Positions 1 to 17,779 of a stretch of 64,000 nucleotides of DNA are shown in pieces. The stretch comes from the human T2T-CHM13v2.0 reference genome, Homo sapiens: NCBI RefSeq assembly GCF_009914755.1, contig NC_060932.1, one strand, 5' to 3'. The position numbers were made by a program, and so were the translations under genes. Position 1 is the first letter of the stretch. Every line of letters begins with the position of its first letter. The notes beneath the pieces were generated by a model that worked only from the letters and a program-made list of their open reading frames with translations, did not search any database and had not been told where the DNA came from.

Positions 1-554
1 AATTGTAGACCTTCTCAATGCTGGCTAATCAGACTTTCCCTATTATTTGGTTTTCCTAGTTCATTACCCAGATAAAAGAAATAGAATGTGTGCATTAGAT
101 TTTCTGCTTCTGCTTGGTGACCTAGAGATGATCATCAAGCCTTTTCTTATAAGAGGTATTAAATGCAGGTGCTCAGTTTGGGAGTATTTCCAGTATTTAT
201 TGGTTTGAAGTGGATATTGTATGACCAAATCTTAACTGACGATTTTTGTCCTACCAGTTGAATGTGCTGGGTTTTGATTATTTTAAACCTAATATTTGGA
301 CAGTATTTAATAGCTGGAGGCAAATTAATAACATGATGTCAGCTGAGGACAAAGGACATGTCTGCAACAACAGTAGATAAATTATAAGCACATGATAACA
401 TGAAAGGGTATATCTTACTAAAATGTCAGCTCATTTGGAGGAAACTCTTCATTCAGTTTACTTTCAAAATCTTCAGAGGAGTGTGTCGAAAGAGCCATGG
501 AAGTGGAAGCAGACAGAAAAAAATTGAAGATGTTGATAGTGCTGTGTCAGCTAT

Positions 555-783
555 CTACAGCTTGCTATTTGCCAGGAACCATGCTAAGAACTTTTCATAC
601 ATTAACTCACTTAATCCTCAGACAGCACTATGAAGTAAGTACCATTAGTATCTCCATTTCATAGCTGAGAAGATTGAGACAAAGAAAGATGGAGTAATTT
701 GCCCAAGAGCACCCTGCTGATAATGATAGAACCAGGCAAATCCAAGCAGGCCTCTTTCCAGAGCCCATGTTCCTAAATACTGT
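555..783 (-). mobile_element. MIR SINE
   Basis: Reverse complement of the MIR core and tail (gccaggaaccatgctaag...ttaatcctca...gtaatttgcccaag...ccagagcccatgttcctaa). Confidence 0.75.
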
Positions 784-1976
784 AATCCTCATTGTCTCAA
801 TATCCTTCCCTCTTCTTATCACACCTCCCTGGAGAGCCTGGCTGAGTCATTACCTTCTTCTAGGAGGCTCACCTTGACTCTTCCCCTACCTCCAGAGATA
901 CTTTTGTACTTTGTACAAAATGTATATATTTCACTGATCACACAGGATATAAATATTCATATCTGTCTCTCCTACCAGACCCGATCTTATTCCTCTTTGT
1001 ATCTATACCTGGAATTTGGTGTAGTGCATGGCACAGAGTAAGTGTTCAATAAATGCAAGTCTAGTTGAGTTAGCTTCACTTAAACACACAGTGCTTGTCC
1101 TCAAAGAGCTTTCAATGTATCAGGAAAAGAAAGTTCCATTCACATGAAACAACAGAATAAGAAAGAAGTTTGAGCTAAAAGAGTGTGGGTATAGACAGTG
1201 GATATTATGAGATTTCAATGAAAGGAGATTGGCTATGGAGATTGTGTTGGGTGGATTGAGTTGCATTGGGTTAGATTGGATAGAGATAGCTTCACCACGT
1301 ACATAGAATCTGAGATGAGGATGGATTATAGTTAAGAGAAGAAAAGGAGGAAGAACATTGATCAGAATGTTGACCTGAGGTGGCAATGAATGAAATGCTT
1401 ACATTTAAGGGGGTGGTAGAGTTGTTTAGAAAATGTACGCTGAAAGATCTTCCTCATTGAGCCAGATCAGACATCAGCTCCTTAGAGAGGCTGACCCTGT
1501 TCTCTCTCGAGACCTTCCTTCCACAGTATCTTGTATATGCATGACCTTCACAAGAACACTTTGCTTTGTAGGTGTCTGTTCTGTGTGACTGAGCTCCCTG
1601 AAGGCAAGGATTATTTTTCACCAATACCATGCATGTCTAGCAGATAACAGTGGTAAAAATAATAATAATAGCAGTAACAATTTTATAATTACAGAAGTAT
1701 ATAATGTTGATTTTAATAAATACCTATACAAAATAAGTAACATATTGGATCCTTATTGTGTTCTAGCCATTTTTCTGATTACATTATATTAATTCAACCT
1801 GTGTTCTAGTATTTTTGTTGAAATTTATGTTTGTTGAACTTTGCCATCCTGTGAGGTTGTAACATCTAGGGAATCTTTCATTGTGTAGGTGCTATTTGAT
1901 CATGATCTCCGTCTGAATTCTGCGAAATGTCTTCACATACAGCAGAGTCTTAGCTGGTACCAGGGAGCATTGGAAC

Positions 1977-2346
1977 TTATATGGTTTGGCTGTGTCCCCA
2001 CCCAAATCTCATCTTGAATTGTAGCTCCCATAATTCCCACATGTTGTGAGAGGGCCCCAGTGGGAGATAACTGAATCATGGGGGCGGTGTCCTCCCTACT
2101 TTTCTCATGGTAGTGAATAAGTCTCATGAGATCTGATGGTTTTATAAGGGGAAGCCCCTTTCGCTTGGTTCTCATCTCTCTTGCCTGCCGCCATGTAAGA
2201 CGTCCTTTTTTTCTTCCTTCGTCTTCCTCCATGATTGTAAGGCCTCTCCAGCCACGTGGAACTGTGAGTCCATTAAACTTCTTTCCTTTAAATATTACCC
2301 AGTCTTGGATGTGTCTTTATTAGCAGCACGAGAACGGACTAATACA
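1977..2346 (+). mobile_element. THE1 (MaLR) solo LTR
   Basis: Begins ttatatggtttggctgtgtccccacccaaatctc and ends ggactaataca. Perfect 5-bp TSD GGAAC at 1972-1976 and 2347-2351. Confidence 0.93.
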
Positions 2347-2492
2347 GGAACCTAGGATTCAGCTTCCTGCAGAAGGGAAATGACAACATGGCCCAACCAA
2401 ACAGCTGGCAGTCAGGACAGGCCACCAGTCCCATGAGGAAACTGAGGTACAAAGCTGGACACCCAAGAGTACCAAGGAGTGGATCTCAAAGC

Positions 2493-2495
<3 letters not shown>

Positions 2496-2546
<51 letters not shown>
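2496..2546. repeat. (CA)~25 microsatellite
   Basis: Uninterrupted CA run. Confidence 0.98.
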
Positions 2547-2549
<3 letters not shown>

Positions 2550-2906
2550 CTCTTAATTCCAAACCAAAAGAACTGAGCCTGCTGAATATCTCTTTTTCCA
2601 CTTAAAGCCTAAGAAGTATCTGAGTCCACAGGTGGGGTTACTGGTAGCCCCAGCTATAGGTTACTGAGTAGGAGAAACAAATCAGGAATTGGCACAGATA
2701 CATACTCACATGCTATAACTAAAGAATTTCAAACTTGGAATCAATGTGCTTTTGCACATTAGCGTGACCCCCAAATTTTCCAAGCACCAGCTCAGCCTTT
2801 CCAAATAAACTGTCTTTGGAATAATGCAAGTAAAATAATATGGGCAGCCTAATAAGCATTTCAAGAAGGCAACAAATATTTGTATTTTCTTCATATGCTA
2901 CTTTCA

Positions 2907-3131
<225 letters not shown>

Positions 3132-3519
3132 TCAAATTTTATTCCCAGCTGGCATAAAACTTTCTAACTGGTAGCCAAATTTGGGATGCCTGAAGACAGA
3201 CAAGTGACTAATGCTAGGGCTGTGTGTGGCCAGTACCAAATGTATTTTATGACCACAAGACCATGTCTGGATTCTCCTTTGTAATTACCACACAGCCTAC
3301 TGTAATTTTCAAGCTTATATTTACTTCCTGCCTTTGACATGTAATTCAGGGTCCAGGACTGCACCCCGAGCGAGAGTGAAGTCCTCTCTGTCATTTGGCT
3401 AAAACCTATAAAATCATCATTGTGTGAGGATGTGTGTATGTGTTTGTGTTGCCACGTCTGCTAAATATGTTAAGTGTAATCTTGTGAAAAATATGCCCAC
3501 TCCTGCCTTGTTGGATGAG

Positions 3520-4640
3520 GCACTTTGCTTGTCAGATGTTTATTGAACACCTACTACCCTATGCCAGGGACTATTTTAGACTCTGGGAAACATCCGTGAG
3601 CAAGAGAATGAAGGCCGTGCTTTCCTGGAAGAGAACGAGGGAGGGGGAGTGGAGAAGAAAGACAGACAGAAAAATAGCACTTATGGACATGTGCTGTGTG
3701 GAGAACAAGAGTGATGTGATAGAGAAAGTCTGTGTGGCTTCTTTAGCTTGGGACATCAGAGAAGGCCTTGCCAAGGAGATGACATTTAAACTGACATTTT
3801 AAAATGACAAGAAGGAGTAGGACAGGCACAGAGCAGGAGGAAGAGCATTCCAGACAGGTTAGTGTTAAGGCCCAAAGACAGGAGGAGCTTGGCATGTTCC
3901 AGAAACAGAAAAGGCCAGTGTGCCTTGAGCACAGTGGGAGACAGGACAACTGAGCAGAGAGGTTGCGTATTAATCCATTTTCATGCTGTTGATAAAGACA
4001 TACCTGAGACTGGCAAGAAAAAGAGGTTTAATGGACTTAACGTTCCACATGGCTGGGGAGGCCTCACAATCATGGCAGAAGACAAGGAAGAGCAAGTCAC
4101 ATCTTACGTGGATGCTGGCAGGCAAAGAGAGAGAGAGCTTGTGCAGGGAAACTCCCCTTTTTAAAACCATCAGATCTTGTGAGACTTATTGACTATCACA
4201 AGAACAGCATGGGAAAGATCTGCCCCCATGATTCAGTTGCCTCTCATTGGGTCCTTCCCACAATATGTGGGAATTCAAGATGAGATTTGGGTGGGGACAC
4301 AGCCAAACCATATTAGGTTGTCAGGGACAGAGTCACATGGGGCTGTCTAGGCCACTGCAAGAGGCAGACATGGGAGGTTGTGGCCCTTCGTGAGGGACAC
4401 TAGTTAGGAAGCAACTGCAGAGGGCTGAGCAGGCGGCAGTAGTGGTTTGGACCAAGGCATGAAGTAGAGAATGAGAGAAGGGGCTGGATATGGAATATGG
4501 TGTAGAACCAGAGTCAGCAGAACCTACTAGTGGATTGGATGTGAGGAATGAAGAAAAGGGAATAACCAAGAATGATTCCAAAGGCTTTGGCTTTGAGCAA
4601 CTCGGTGGATGGTGACTGAGAAGAGGAGAACCAAAGGCAG
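3520..4640 (-). mobile_element. L2 fragment, interrupted by a THE1 LTR
   Basis: L2 motifs tttattgaacacctacta, gaaggcctt..aggagatgacatttaaactga, gagcattccagacagg, gaatgattccaaaggctttggctt. Confidence 0.7.
3966..4315 (-). mobile_element. THE1 (THE1A-like) solo LTR
   Basis: Reverse-complement THE1 LTR ending gggacacagccaaaccatatta. Perfect TSD GGTTG at 3961-3965 and 4316-4320. Confidence 0.92.
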
Positions 4641-5194
4641 AGCTGCTTGGCTCTTCCCTGAGTCATAACTGACAAGCCACAAAAATTGGGAACTTACATC
4701 TTGGGGTCCAATCAATGCCCTCATGACACCTCCCATCCAATTTTACATTGCTGGACTGTATTTGTAGACCTTTGGAAATACTACTTCAAACATATCCAGG
4801 GTTTCTCCTTCCTTTTGGTGTACATTTTGTGACATAAAAAAAAAAAAACATATTCGAGTTACCTAACTCTACCTTGCTCCATCCCTCATGGGTGCGCTGT
4901 AAATGTTAGTTCTTGTGCAGGCTTCCTGCTTCAGCACAGTTCTGGGGCACCCTGGGCAGGGGCATCTGGAGGTCAAGTAGAGGTCTGAGATCAGTCCATT
5001 GGTCACAAGTTGGACAGCCGGCATATGCTTCTAACAACATCGTCTATGTATATAGAAAATAATATGACTAGTTTGCTTGTTTTTCTACTTATAGTTAGGA
5101 AAATTTTGTAACCTCTTTACTAAAGATTAAACTGATTTAATCCAATTGTTGCTTTATTATAAAGCAAATGTAGATATTTTCTACATTTGCCTTA

Positions 5195-5510
<316 letters not shown>

Positions 5511-5680
5511 TAGTGGGGCTTAAATTTTCTTGCTACACAATAGGAATAACAATATAGTTATTCTTCATGGGTATTTTGTTAGGAGTAAATGAAATAATGT
5601 ATATGACGTGCTTAGCACTGTAGCTGCTATATAACATTCAGTAAATTTGAGGTATTATTATCAATGAAATAACAATTTGG

Positions 5681-6035
<355 letters not shown>

Positions 6036-7084
6036 TCAGAGAAAATAGAACAACACATTGATTTATTAAATTCCTGCATCACTTTGGACAAAACCTACAC
6101 TTTCTTTGTATCTCAATTGTCTCAGGTAAATGTGAGACTCAGGATAGATAGATAACCTCAACTTTAAAACTTCTGTGATTCTAGTAGATGATCAATATTT
6201 TCTCTCCCATCTTCCTTTTACCAGACTTATCACAAAGTTTTGTCTTTGGGTCATCTAAATCAGTATAAGTGATATTTATTGCCAGATGTGACCTTTTGTT
6301 AGCACACTGGAGAATCCCAACGCTAATGTCAATTTCTATAAATATAGATTGAGAGTGAGGAAATGTTCTGTCTCTAGGGAAGTTTAGCTATTGAGAGTCT
6401 TTCTCTTTTTAGACTCTTGGTCTGTGGTCTCTTACTCACTCGTGACATTCTTCCCCAGTCTCACTTTTGTTACCTTTTTATTTCGTGATCACTGATGCTG
6501 GTAGCCACCTACAATTTTGAAGTTCCCCACTCAGCCTTCCCTAGTGGTAGGCATTGCATTTGAGTTGTGCTTTCTTACTTCCTCTACCTTTTGAAATTTA
6601 AAAATAGGAAATAGCAAACAAACCCACAGTCTTTCACATCAGCTGAACTCTGTTATTCATCCAGCAGATTTTCTGGTGAATTCTCTGGCACAACGTATAC
6701 AGTCAGAAACCAGCATCAGTTCAGAATAAATGGTGTACAAAATTAAGAAAGAGCTACTTTTATTTTTACTCTTAAACACACGATCAGAAATGGGAGGCAG
6801 CAGCATAGGAGGAGGCTTTGAAAAGTAAATCCAAGGGAAAGACGGCTCCTAGCCTTCTCCTTGGCTTTTCTCCTTACCTGTCCAACTTTCCCGAGCCATG
6901 ATGAAGAGTCAGTGGATTGATAAAGGGACTCTCTTAGGAGTCTAACTCTTGCACTATGAATACCAAAGACAGGCCCTGAGAAGCATGAAAACCCATCATA
7001 GCCATGAGCAATATAATTTCCAGAGACCCCACCCCACAGCAAACATACTATAATATGGTACCTGCCCTATTAAATATCGTTTTA

Positions 7085-7715
<631 letters not shown>

Positions 7716-8315
7716 TTGCTGTCAAAATTTTGAAAAAATATTTGTATAATTTTGCTTTGGAAATAGGTTGGCTACCAGTAACTGATTTAATTTGTAATTG
7801 ACTATTAGTTTCAGCAATTATCTTACCATACTGGGAAATTTTTATGAAGTTTATGAAGAAATAAATCCAGCCCTACATATTACTTCCAAATTATGTATTT
7901 TCGATTACCGGATCAACAATTAATGAAGTTAACTTCACATTTGCATAGACCTTTAACATTTAGTAATTTCAGTACTATTGTTATTCTGTTTTGAAGCCAA
8001 CCAATGGTTTTTAAGGTCTCAGACGTTTGTTTAGCTCTCTGAAAAGCTGGAAGCCCCGAGGCACTGCACCTTAATGCCCAGTGGTTAAAAATGCTCTGAC
8101 TGGTTATTCCCAAGCCCTGAGATCTTCACTGCCTTCTTCAAAGAATAAAAGCTGGTTTAGGGGACAGCAAGCTGGCATACAAATATACCAGTCTACTCCA
8201 AGAAGGTGACTCTCTAAGAAAAACAAAGTAATTGGAGGCAGAATCCCTGTGTTGCAATTAATTCACCAGGTTACCTTGAACAAGAGCTCTGCAGCCCTTT
8301 CCCTGCCCCTCAGTA

Positions 8316-8634
8316 CAGCTTGAGCATCCCTAATCCCAAAATCCAAAACCCACAATGCTCCAAAATCCAAAACTTTTTGAGCACCTACATGACGCCACAA
8401 GCAGAAAATTCCACATCTGGCCTCATGCAACAAGTACACATGAGTGTTAAAAATGCTGCATAAAATTAGCTTCAGGCTATGTGTGTAAGCTTTATATGAA
8501 ACATAAATGAAATTCATGTTTAGACTTGGGTCCCATCCCCCAAGATATTTCATCATGCTTATGCAAATATTTCAAAGTCCGAAATCCGAAACACTTCTGG
8601 TCCCAAGCATTTCGGATAAGGGATACTCAACCTG
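8316..8634. mobile_element. Tigger4/Zombi (MER46-type) non-autonomous DNA transposon
   Basis: TIRs CAGcTTGAGCATCCCT ... AGGGATACTCAACCTG with a TA target duplication on both sides (8314-8315, 8635-8636). Confidence 0.88.
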
Positions 8635-8891
8635 TAGTGCCTTTGCAAACAAACACCTCATCTGGCCTAGGTGATGGCCCACAGTCATCAGTTCTATGGA
8701 ACCGAAAGGTATGCCACACCATCTGAACCAGAAACAAGGGCTTCCTCTCACACATTGAGGAAAGCCATTTTTATGTCTGTATTATTTTGCCAAAATTAAA
8801 GAAGGAAGGGAAGGGAGAAAAGAGTAGAGAAGGGAAAGGGAAAGGAGAAGGAAGGAGAAAGGACTACACCATCAACATGTTTAGAAAGCTA

Positions 8892-9251
<360 letters not shown>

Positions 9252-9426
9252 TCAGAGAGAATGGCTTTCATGTGAGATACTCCCATCATCCCATTCAAAT
9301 GTTGTCTATCATCTGTTTTTGGTTTGGTTTGGTTTTTCAGTTGGGGGCCAATGGGATGTAACTCAAAGAACATCAGTTTCAGAAGCAGCTCATGCTCTGT
9401 TCAAAGCCAGTCCTGTCACTATCACT

Positions 9427-10243
<817 letters not shown>

Positions 10244-10702
10244 CACTACCTAATTGTAATGACTGTTTATTGATTATTGCTTTGTACCATGAGCTGTGCA
10301 AAGCATACCACATTCTTCATCTCTTTTAATCTTTGCCACAAGGCTGTAAAGCAGAGGCTTTAAAAAAGGGCACCTTGCTAGCCCAGCGTCTCACCACTGG
10401 ACAAGAAAGAGATCACCAGGTCGGTTCTCTGACTCTGAAGCCACACCCTTGGTCACTTTCTCTATAACTTTAAAAAAGATTTTTTTTAACTGCTCTGAGC
10501 CTCAGTTTCCTTATCAAAAATAGTCAGAATGAGGTACCCCGTAGTGTTCTCTGAAAAGCAGAAGAGTTTCTATGCATCCAGTCCTTACATGGGGGCCAAC
10601 AGCAAATGCTCCCCCAGAAACTCTTCACCTCCCTTCCTTCCATTCCTTCCTTTTCTTTGACGTTAGACCAGAGAGGCTTATCAACTCTCCATTTTCCTCT
10701 AG

Positions 10703-10803
10703 GTGGTCTTCAAGCTGACAGAGAAGCTGACGGAACAGAAGGAGTGGATGAAGATATAATTGTGACCCAAAGTCAGACCAACTTCACCTGCCCCATTACA
10801 AAG
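10703..10803 (+). CDS. NSMCE2: NSMCE2 internal coding exon (antepenultimate), residues ~C140-K173: (C)GLQADREADGTEGVDEDIIVTQSQTNFTCPITK, start of the SP-RING domain
   Basis: Pyrimidine tract plus AG (attttcctctag, AG at 10701-10702) and donor AAG|gtaccg at 10803/10804. Length 101 nt = 2 nt of a split codon + 33 codons. Peptide recognised as human NSE2/MMS21, including the TCPIT motif (C169). Confidence 0.96.
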
Positions 10804-11195
10804 GTACCGCTTCCTCCTACTTCCCCTGAAAGAAACACGATTCACTTCACAGAGGCAGAAAGGTTCCTGTTTGCTTTCTGGTTTGATTTCACTTAGGGAG
10901 TTAAGGAGGGAGTAAAGAAAAGTGCTGGGGGTTGAAGAGTATCCACGGGAGGTTCTTGGGCTGGAGAGAGCTGTCAGTCAATCATGCCCTGAAGGATCCG
11001 GGACTAAAGTCATGGCCTACAGGCCAAGTGACAGTACTGCCACTGGATTCCCTGCATTTCCTTATCTAAAGCCTAGTAATTATGTAAAGCCATGAGAATG
11101 GGAAGTTAAACATAGAAAGCTCAGGACTAGGACGAAACACCTACTGGAAGTTGATCATTATCATTCCTGAAAGCCCAACATCTCCTTGATTACAG

Positions 11196-11302
11196 GAGGA
11201 AATGAAGAAGCCAGTGAAAAATAAAGTGTGTGGCCACACCTATGAAGAGGACGCCATTGTTCGCATGATTGAGTCCAGGCAAAAGCGGAAGAAAAAGGCC
11301 TA
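11196..11302 (+). CDS. NSMCE2: NSMCE2 penultimate coding exon, E174-A208: [35 protein letters not shown] + TA of Y209
   Basis: Acceptor ccttgattacag|GAG and donor TA|gtgagt. Length 107 nt, in phase with both neighbouring exons. Contains the SP-RING CGH motif (C185/H187) and a basic KRKKK patch. Confidence 0.96.
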
Positions 11303-11413
11303 GTGAGTGGACGCAGGGAAGGAAGTGGAGCCTTCCCTAGTGGTAGTTACTCAGAGGTGGCGTGTTCACGCTAGAGGAAGAGGCACTTCAATGTCTCTTC
11401 TAAATTCCGTTCA

Positions 11414-11867
<454 letters not shown>

Positions 11868-12468
11868 TTATTTTTTTAATTGGAAGTTTTGCAGAATCTT
11901 TATAAATAGACATAATATATATTATATGTTATATATTGTTTTATATGTATATCATATATTATTTATCTTTAAATATATATAATATACACACACACACATA
12001 TATATATCTCACCTTCCTTCCCCTTCTTCCATGACCACGGAGGACCATGCTCTGTTCCTGTAATAACATAGAATCCTGAGTTAGCCAGACTGACTGGCAT
12101 TGACTTCGTTTGGCATTTCTTGTGCTCTTATCATGGATTTGTTGCAGGAATGGAATTGCAGGTGTGACTAGTTCTCAATTGACTTCTGATAACAGTCCCT
12201 TTGATGTGTGGCTTGCTTCTCCATTGCCCAGAAATTTGCTGGTCCAGACCTAGAATTGGAATTCCCCAGCACTCCTCATCTGGGTGTGGACTTAGAGATA
12301 ATATATTGGAGACTAAAGATATCTTGATGGTCATTCAGGCAAATAACTTATCCTATGTATTCTAGAAGAATAGTGGCTTTGCTGCCTAATGGTTGCAAAA
12401 TGTAGACATTCTTAGTACATTTTGATCTGTTTTGAGTTTTTGAGTTAACAGTTGAAATGTCAGATTTC

Positions 12469-13117
<649 letters not shown>

Positions 13118-14550
13118 ATGGCATGCTTTCATTAGTTTCCTTATCCATAAATGAATGACAATCGTTGTAATCACCTCATTGGCATATTTGAAATTTAAAT
13201 AAGATACATGCAAAGTACTTAAAGTAGCTGGTACACAGTAGGGCTCAGTAAAATTATCCCATCATCATCTTCAAACTTGAGCCACTATCAACATCCTCTT
13301 CGTTTTTTTCCACCATTGCTCTATAGGCATGGGAGACGAGGACAGTTTTAAAGGAGTAAGATGAGCCAACCTGGAGTTTAGGAAGTTACTCCAATAGCAA
13401 TGCAGAGATGGATTAAGGAGGCATGAGGCAAAAAAAAGTCAGTTAGGATGCTTTTACAGTGGTTTAAGTTATAGAAAATTAGAGTATAGAGATACAAGAG
13501 TGATTGTGGAGGTACAGTTAACGACATTTGACGACTGACTGAATGTAAGAGAAAGGAAGAAGCAGCGAGGGGTGGCTGACATTTCTCATCTGGGTGTCTA
13601 ATACTGTCATTTGCTCATTAGCCTCCAGAGAAGGCATGAGAGAGGAACACTCTTATTGGAGGATTGTGATAGACTCAGCTCAGGTCATCCTAAATGCAAG
13701 GTCCCAGCAATACAGCCCCGTGGAAGTGTCCAGGAAGTGCAGCAAGTGTGAGTTTTGCAGTCAGGGGAGGACTCAGAACTATCGATGTGGATTGGGAGGT
13801 TATCAGTATAGACGAGTCAACCCGCTCAACTACCGTCACAGATGCAGCTCTGGAACAAATGCATTCACCAGCAGAGAGCCAGCAAGGCAGGACCCGCACC
13901 TCGCCTGTGATCTCCACAAGGCCAGAGCCCGACTTCGTTCTGCTCACTGTGATGCCTTAGCACCCTGGTGCCAACCCTCAAAAAACACTTTGTTGACCAA
14001 TGAGAGGATCAATCAGCGGAAGAAGACCCCTAAAAAAGCAGTCTAAAATATAGCCAGGAGCCAGGAAGAGTGATAAGGAGTGGAGGCTCATGGGAACTTG
14101 TGGGCGGGGTGGGCAGGGTTCTGAAGGCCAGGTGCATTTGGGCAGCAGTAGATTAGAACTCAGGGCCTTCTTGAAACCAACTCCAGAAGTTTCTGATGAA
14201 GCATGAAGTCGTATCATTTCCCATGATGCACATTAGAGTGATGAGTATTTCTGGGTTCGCTTTGTTTAGAAATGTCCATGACACATTGTCTCATTTCTTC
14301 CTCCTAGATTGTTCTAGTTATGTTTGTTTTTTTAGACTGGAGTTCCAGGTCCATTGTGTTCTGGGCACTGCCTGAATTTTACTGTGCAAGCTTCAGGCCC
14401 TGGGAAGGCCTCTCTGCACTGGCTTGAGTCAGAATAATATTGTTGAGACTTTAGCCCCAGCCAAGCACGGTAGTTAGAATAATTTCCTAAAATATATCTG
14501 TTAACAATAAGCCTATTTATTCTCTTAAAAATAAAGCTGCCTTATGATTT

Positions 14551-14813
14551 CCTTTTTTTTTTTTCGTTTCTTTTTTCTTTTCCTTTTTTTTTTGAGACAG
14601 AGTCTCACTCTGTCTCCCAGGCTGGAGTACAACCTCTGCCTCCCAGGTTCAAGCAATTCTCGTGCCTCAGCCTCCCAAGTAGCTGTGATTACAGGCACAT
14701 GCCATCACACCTGGCTAATTTTTGTATTTTTAGTAGAGACAGGGTTTCACCATGTTGTCCAGGCTGGTCTCGAACTCCTGGCCTCAAGTGATCTGCCCAC
14801 CTTGGCCTCCCAA
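14551..14813 (-). mobile_element. Alu, 5'-truncated with a short internal deletion
   Basis: TSD ccttatgattt on both sides; ggagtac|aacctctgcc skips roughly 25-30 nt of consensus. Confidence 0.88.
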
Positions 14814-16665
14814 CCTTATGATTTTCATATATTAATATTTCTAACCTGACCACAGTCACTTTTTTGCTTTTTTGTTTGAGAACAGGAAACATATTTTTAA
14901 AAGTCATATTTAAGAGCATGTAGAATAAAATGAAATTGAATAGAAATGGGTCATTCGACAGCAGAACTCCAGCTTTGTGCTTGGAATTCCTGTTTCAACA
15001 CTTACCAACAAGCCATTCAACCTTTCTGCCTCAGTTTCCTCATCTGTAAAGTGGAAATAACATCAGCATCTCACAGCACTTCAGGGGCCAAAGAAATGGT
15101 AGGGAATTCCATTCTAGGTCTGGACCAGCACATTTCTTGGCAGAAGAGTAGCAAAAGCACTTAGTTGAAAGCTCTTTTGGGAGCGAAGAGCGCTAAACAA
15201 ATAGCTGTAGGGTTGTTAAGACCGAGGCTGATAGAGTTGTTATCACTCCCCGTGCTGCTTAGTGACACATTATTTGACTCAGGGGTTGTAAGATAGAATT
15301 ACTGTCTGTGTTGAGGTATGACAGGAATCCCTCCCACTCAGATTTCCAGAGGTCTCTATAGACCTTCTGTCTATAGCTTGTAGACTAAACCTTGGAATTC
15401 TTGGGACCCAGATCCAGGAACTCCCAGAATCATGTACTTTTGAGCATTTGCAGAGGCCAAGGTTCCCCACAGCTCTGTGGGACCCCAAGACCCGGTTCCC
15501 TTTGCTCAGCAGTCACCTTTGTGTTTGCCCTGTGCTGCAGCGAAATGCTCTGCCCGGGTAGTGCCTGGAGGTGGGGACCCAGCCGCTCCTGCGAGGCCTG
15601 AAGGGCTGACTCCTGCACAGCGATGATGCGGCAGCTGAAGATCGGGTATTGCCACACTGAACTCGCTCACCAAGATGTCGTGGGATTAATGCCGAATGCT
15701 TACGGAGACAGTTGTTTCTCCAGAGGAGGCATGCCTTGATTCAGCACTGTGGCATGATGGCCTTCTCTTATCCTTTCTGCTTTAAAAACTTGTGTTTATT
15801 GGAGACGAAGGAGAAACAAGGTCCTTCCCAGTTCCAGCATCAACCTCGCCTCCAGGAAGTCTTCCCTGAGCCCTTATTCATGCTGGACAAAATGTCGTTA
15901 GCACCCCATGTCATGCCAACATTGTCAGTGCAGCTGGCTCCTCTCCACGAGCTTCTTGAGAGCGGAAGCTGTGGACTAGGGCAGGGACTGGTGCACGGCA
16001 GGACCTGAAGTGAACTCCCCAGTCCTTGACACACATCAGCCTGCTTATTTCTCAGCCTTATTGGACAGGCTTGTCCTCTGCCTTCATGTTCTTAAAGGGA
16101 AAAACTGAGGCACAGAGAATTTAGTCACTTACCCAGAGTGACACAGCCAGGGGGTTTAAGCCCAGGTCTTTCTCATTCTTGAGCCTGCAATTCTGTCAGT
16201 AGGCCATCCAGCTCCCCTTGGGAGGGCTATTTGGTTCATGCCTCTACCATCAGAGTCTATCTCCTCAGTGAACTCAGACCTTGTTTGACATGGCTCACTC
16301 TGGGATCCATCCCACTGAAGTGAAGGTGGGCGCCTGCTCTGCAGCTGAGTGTGTGGTTAAGTCCATCAGACATTCTCAGCATGCTCTCATGCACTGACTA
16401 AAACCATGATGTCATCAGGAAGTCCTCCCCACCTCACTCTCCACTTCCCTCTCCACTGCTTATTCACTGTCTGGCTATGAAAGTTAAGGCCTTTGCTGGG
16501 TAGAATGGAAGAGACCAAGGCCAGGCAGTCCAAAGCAGATATTCAGGGTTATGTTTTAAGGGAGGGTCATCCCAGCAACCTACTTGGAGTTGCATTTCAA
16601 TGTCATGGAAGCCAAAGTTATGATACTTGGCTTTTCTAGTCACAAAAGTGTCTGTATCCTCTTCA

Positions 16666-17203
<538 letters not shown>

Positions 17204-17404
17204 AATTCGCTTTGAGACTTCACAGCGTAGGGGGACAGGCTGGGAAAAAAATACAGATTTTTAAACTAGTGTAAAACATTTCTCCAGCCTTGCCCTAATG
17301 CAAAGCCAAATCATCAAAATGATGCATACCTGGGCCAAATCACCCTGATCCTCTTTCATATAATTGCCTTTCTGTAATTATGATTTAACACATCATGTAC
17401 CTGA

Positions 17405-17779
<375 letters not shown>

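Noticed and set aside
10606-10896. 96-aa ORF as a stand-alone gene
   Set aside because: It is the NSMCE2 exon 10703-10803 plus in-frame intronic flanks; the splice sites and phase explain it.
11193-11198. NAGNAG tandem acceptor CAG-GAG
   Set aside because: GAG is a very poor distal acceptor, and the protein as I recall it has both Glu residues.
13594-14046. 150-aa ORF with Cys pairs in the last intron
   Set aside because: Lies in degraded L2-like sequence, has a non-ATG start in the track and shows no family resemblance.
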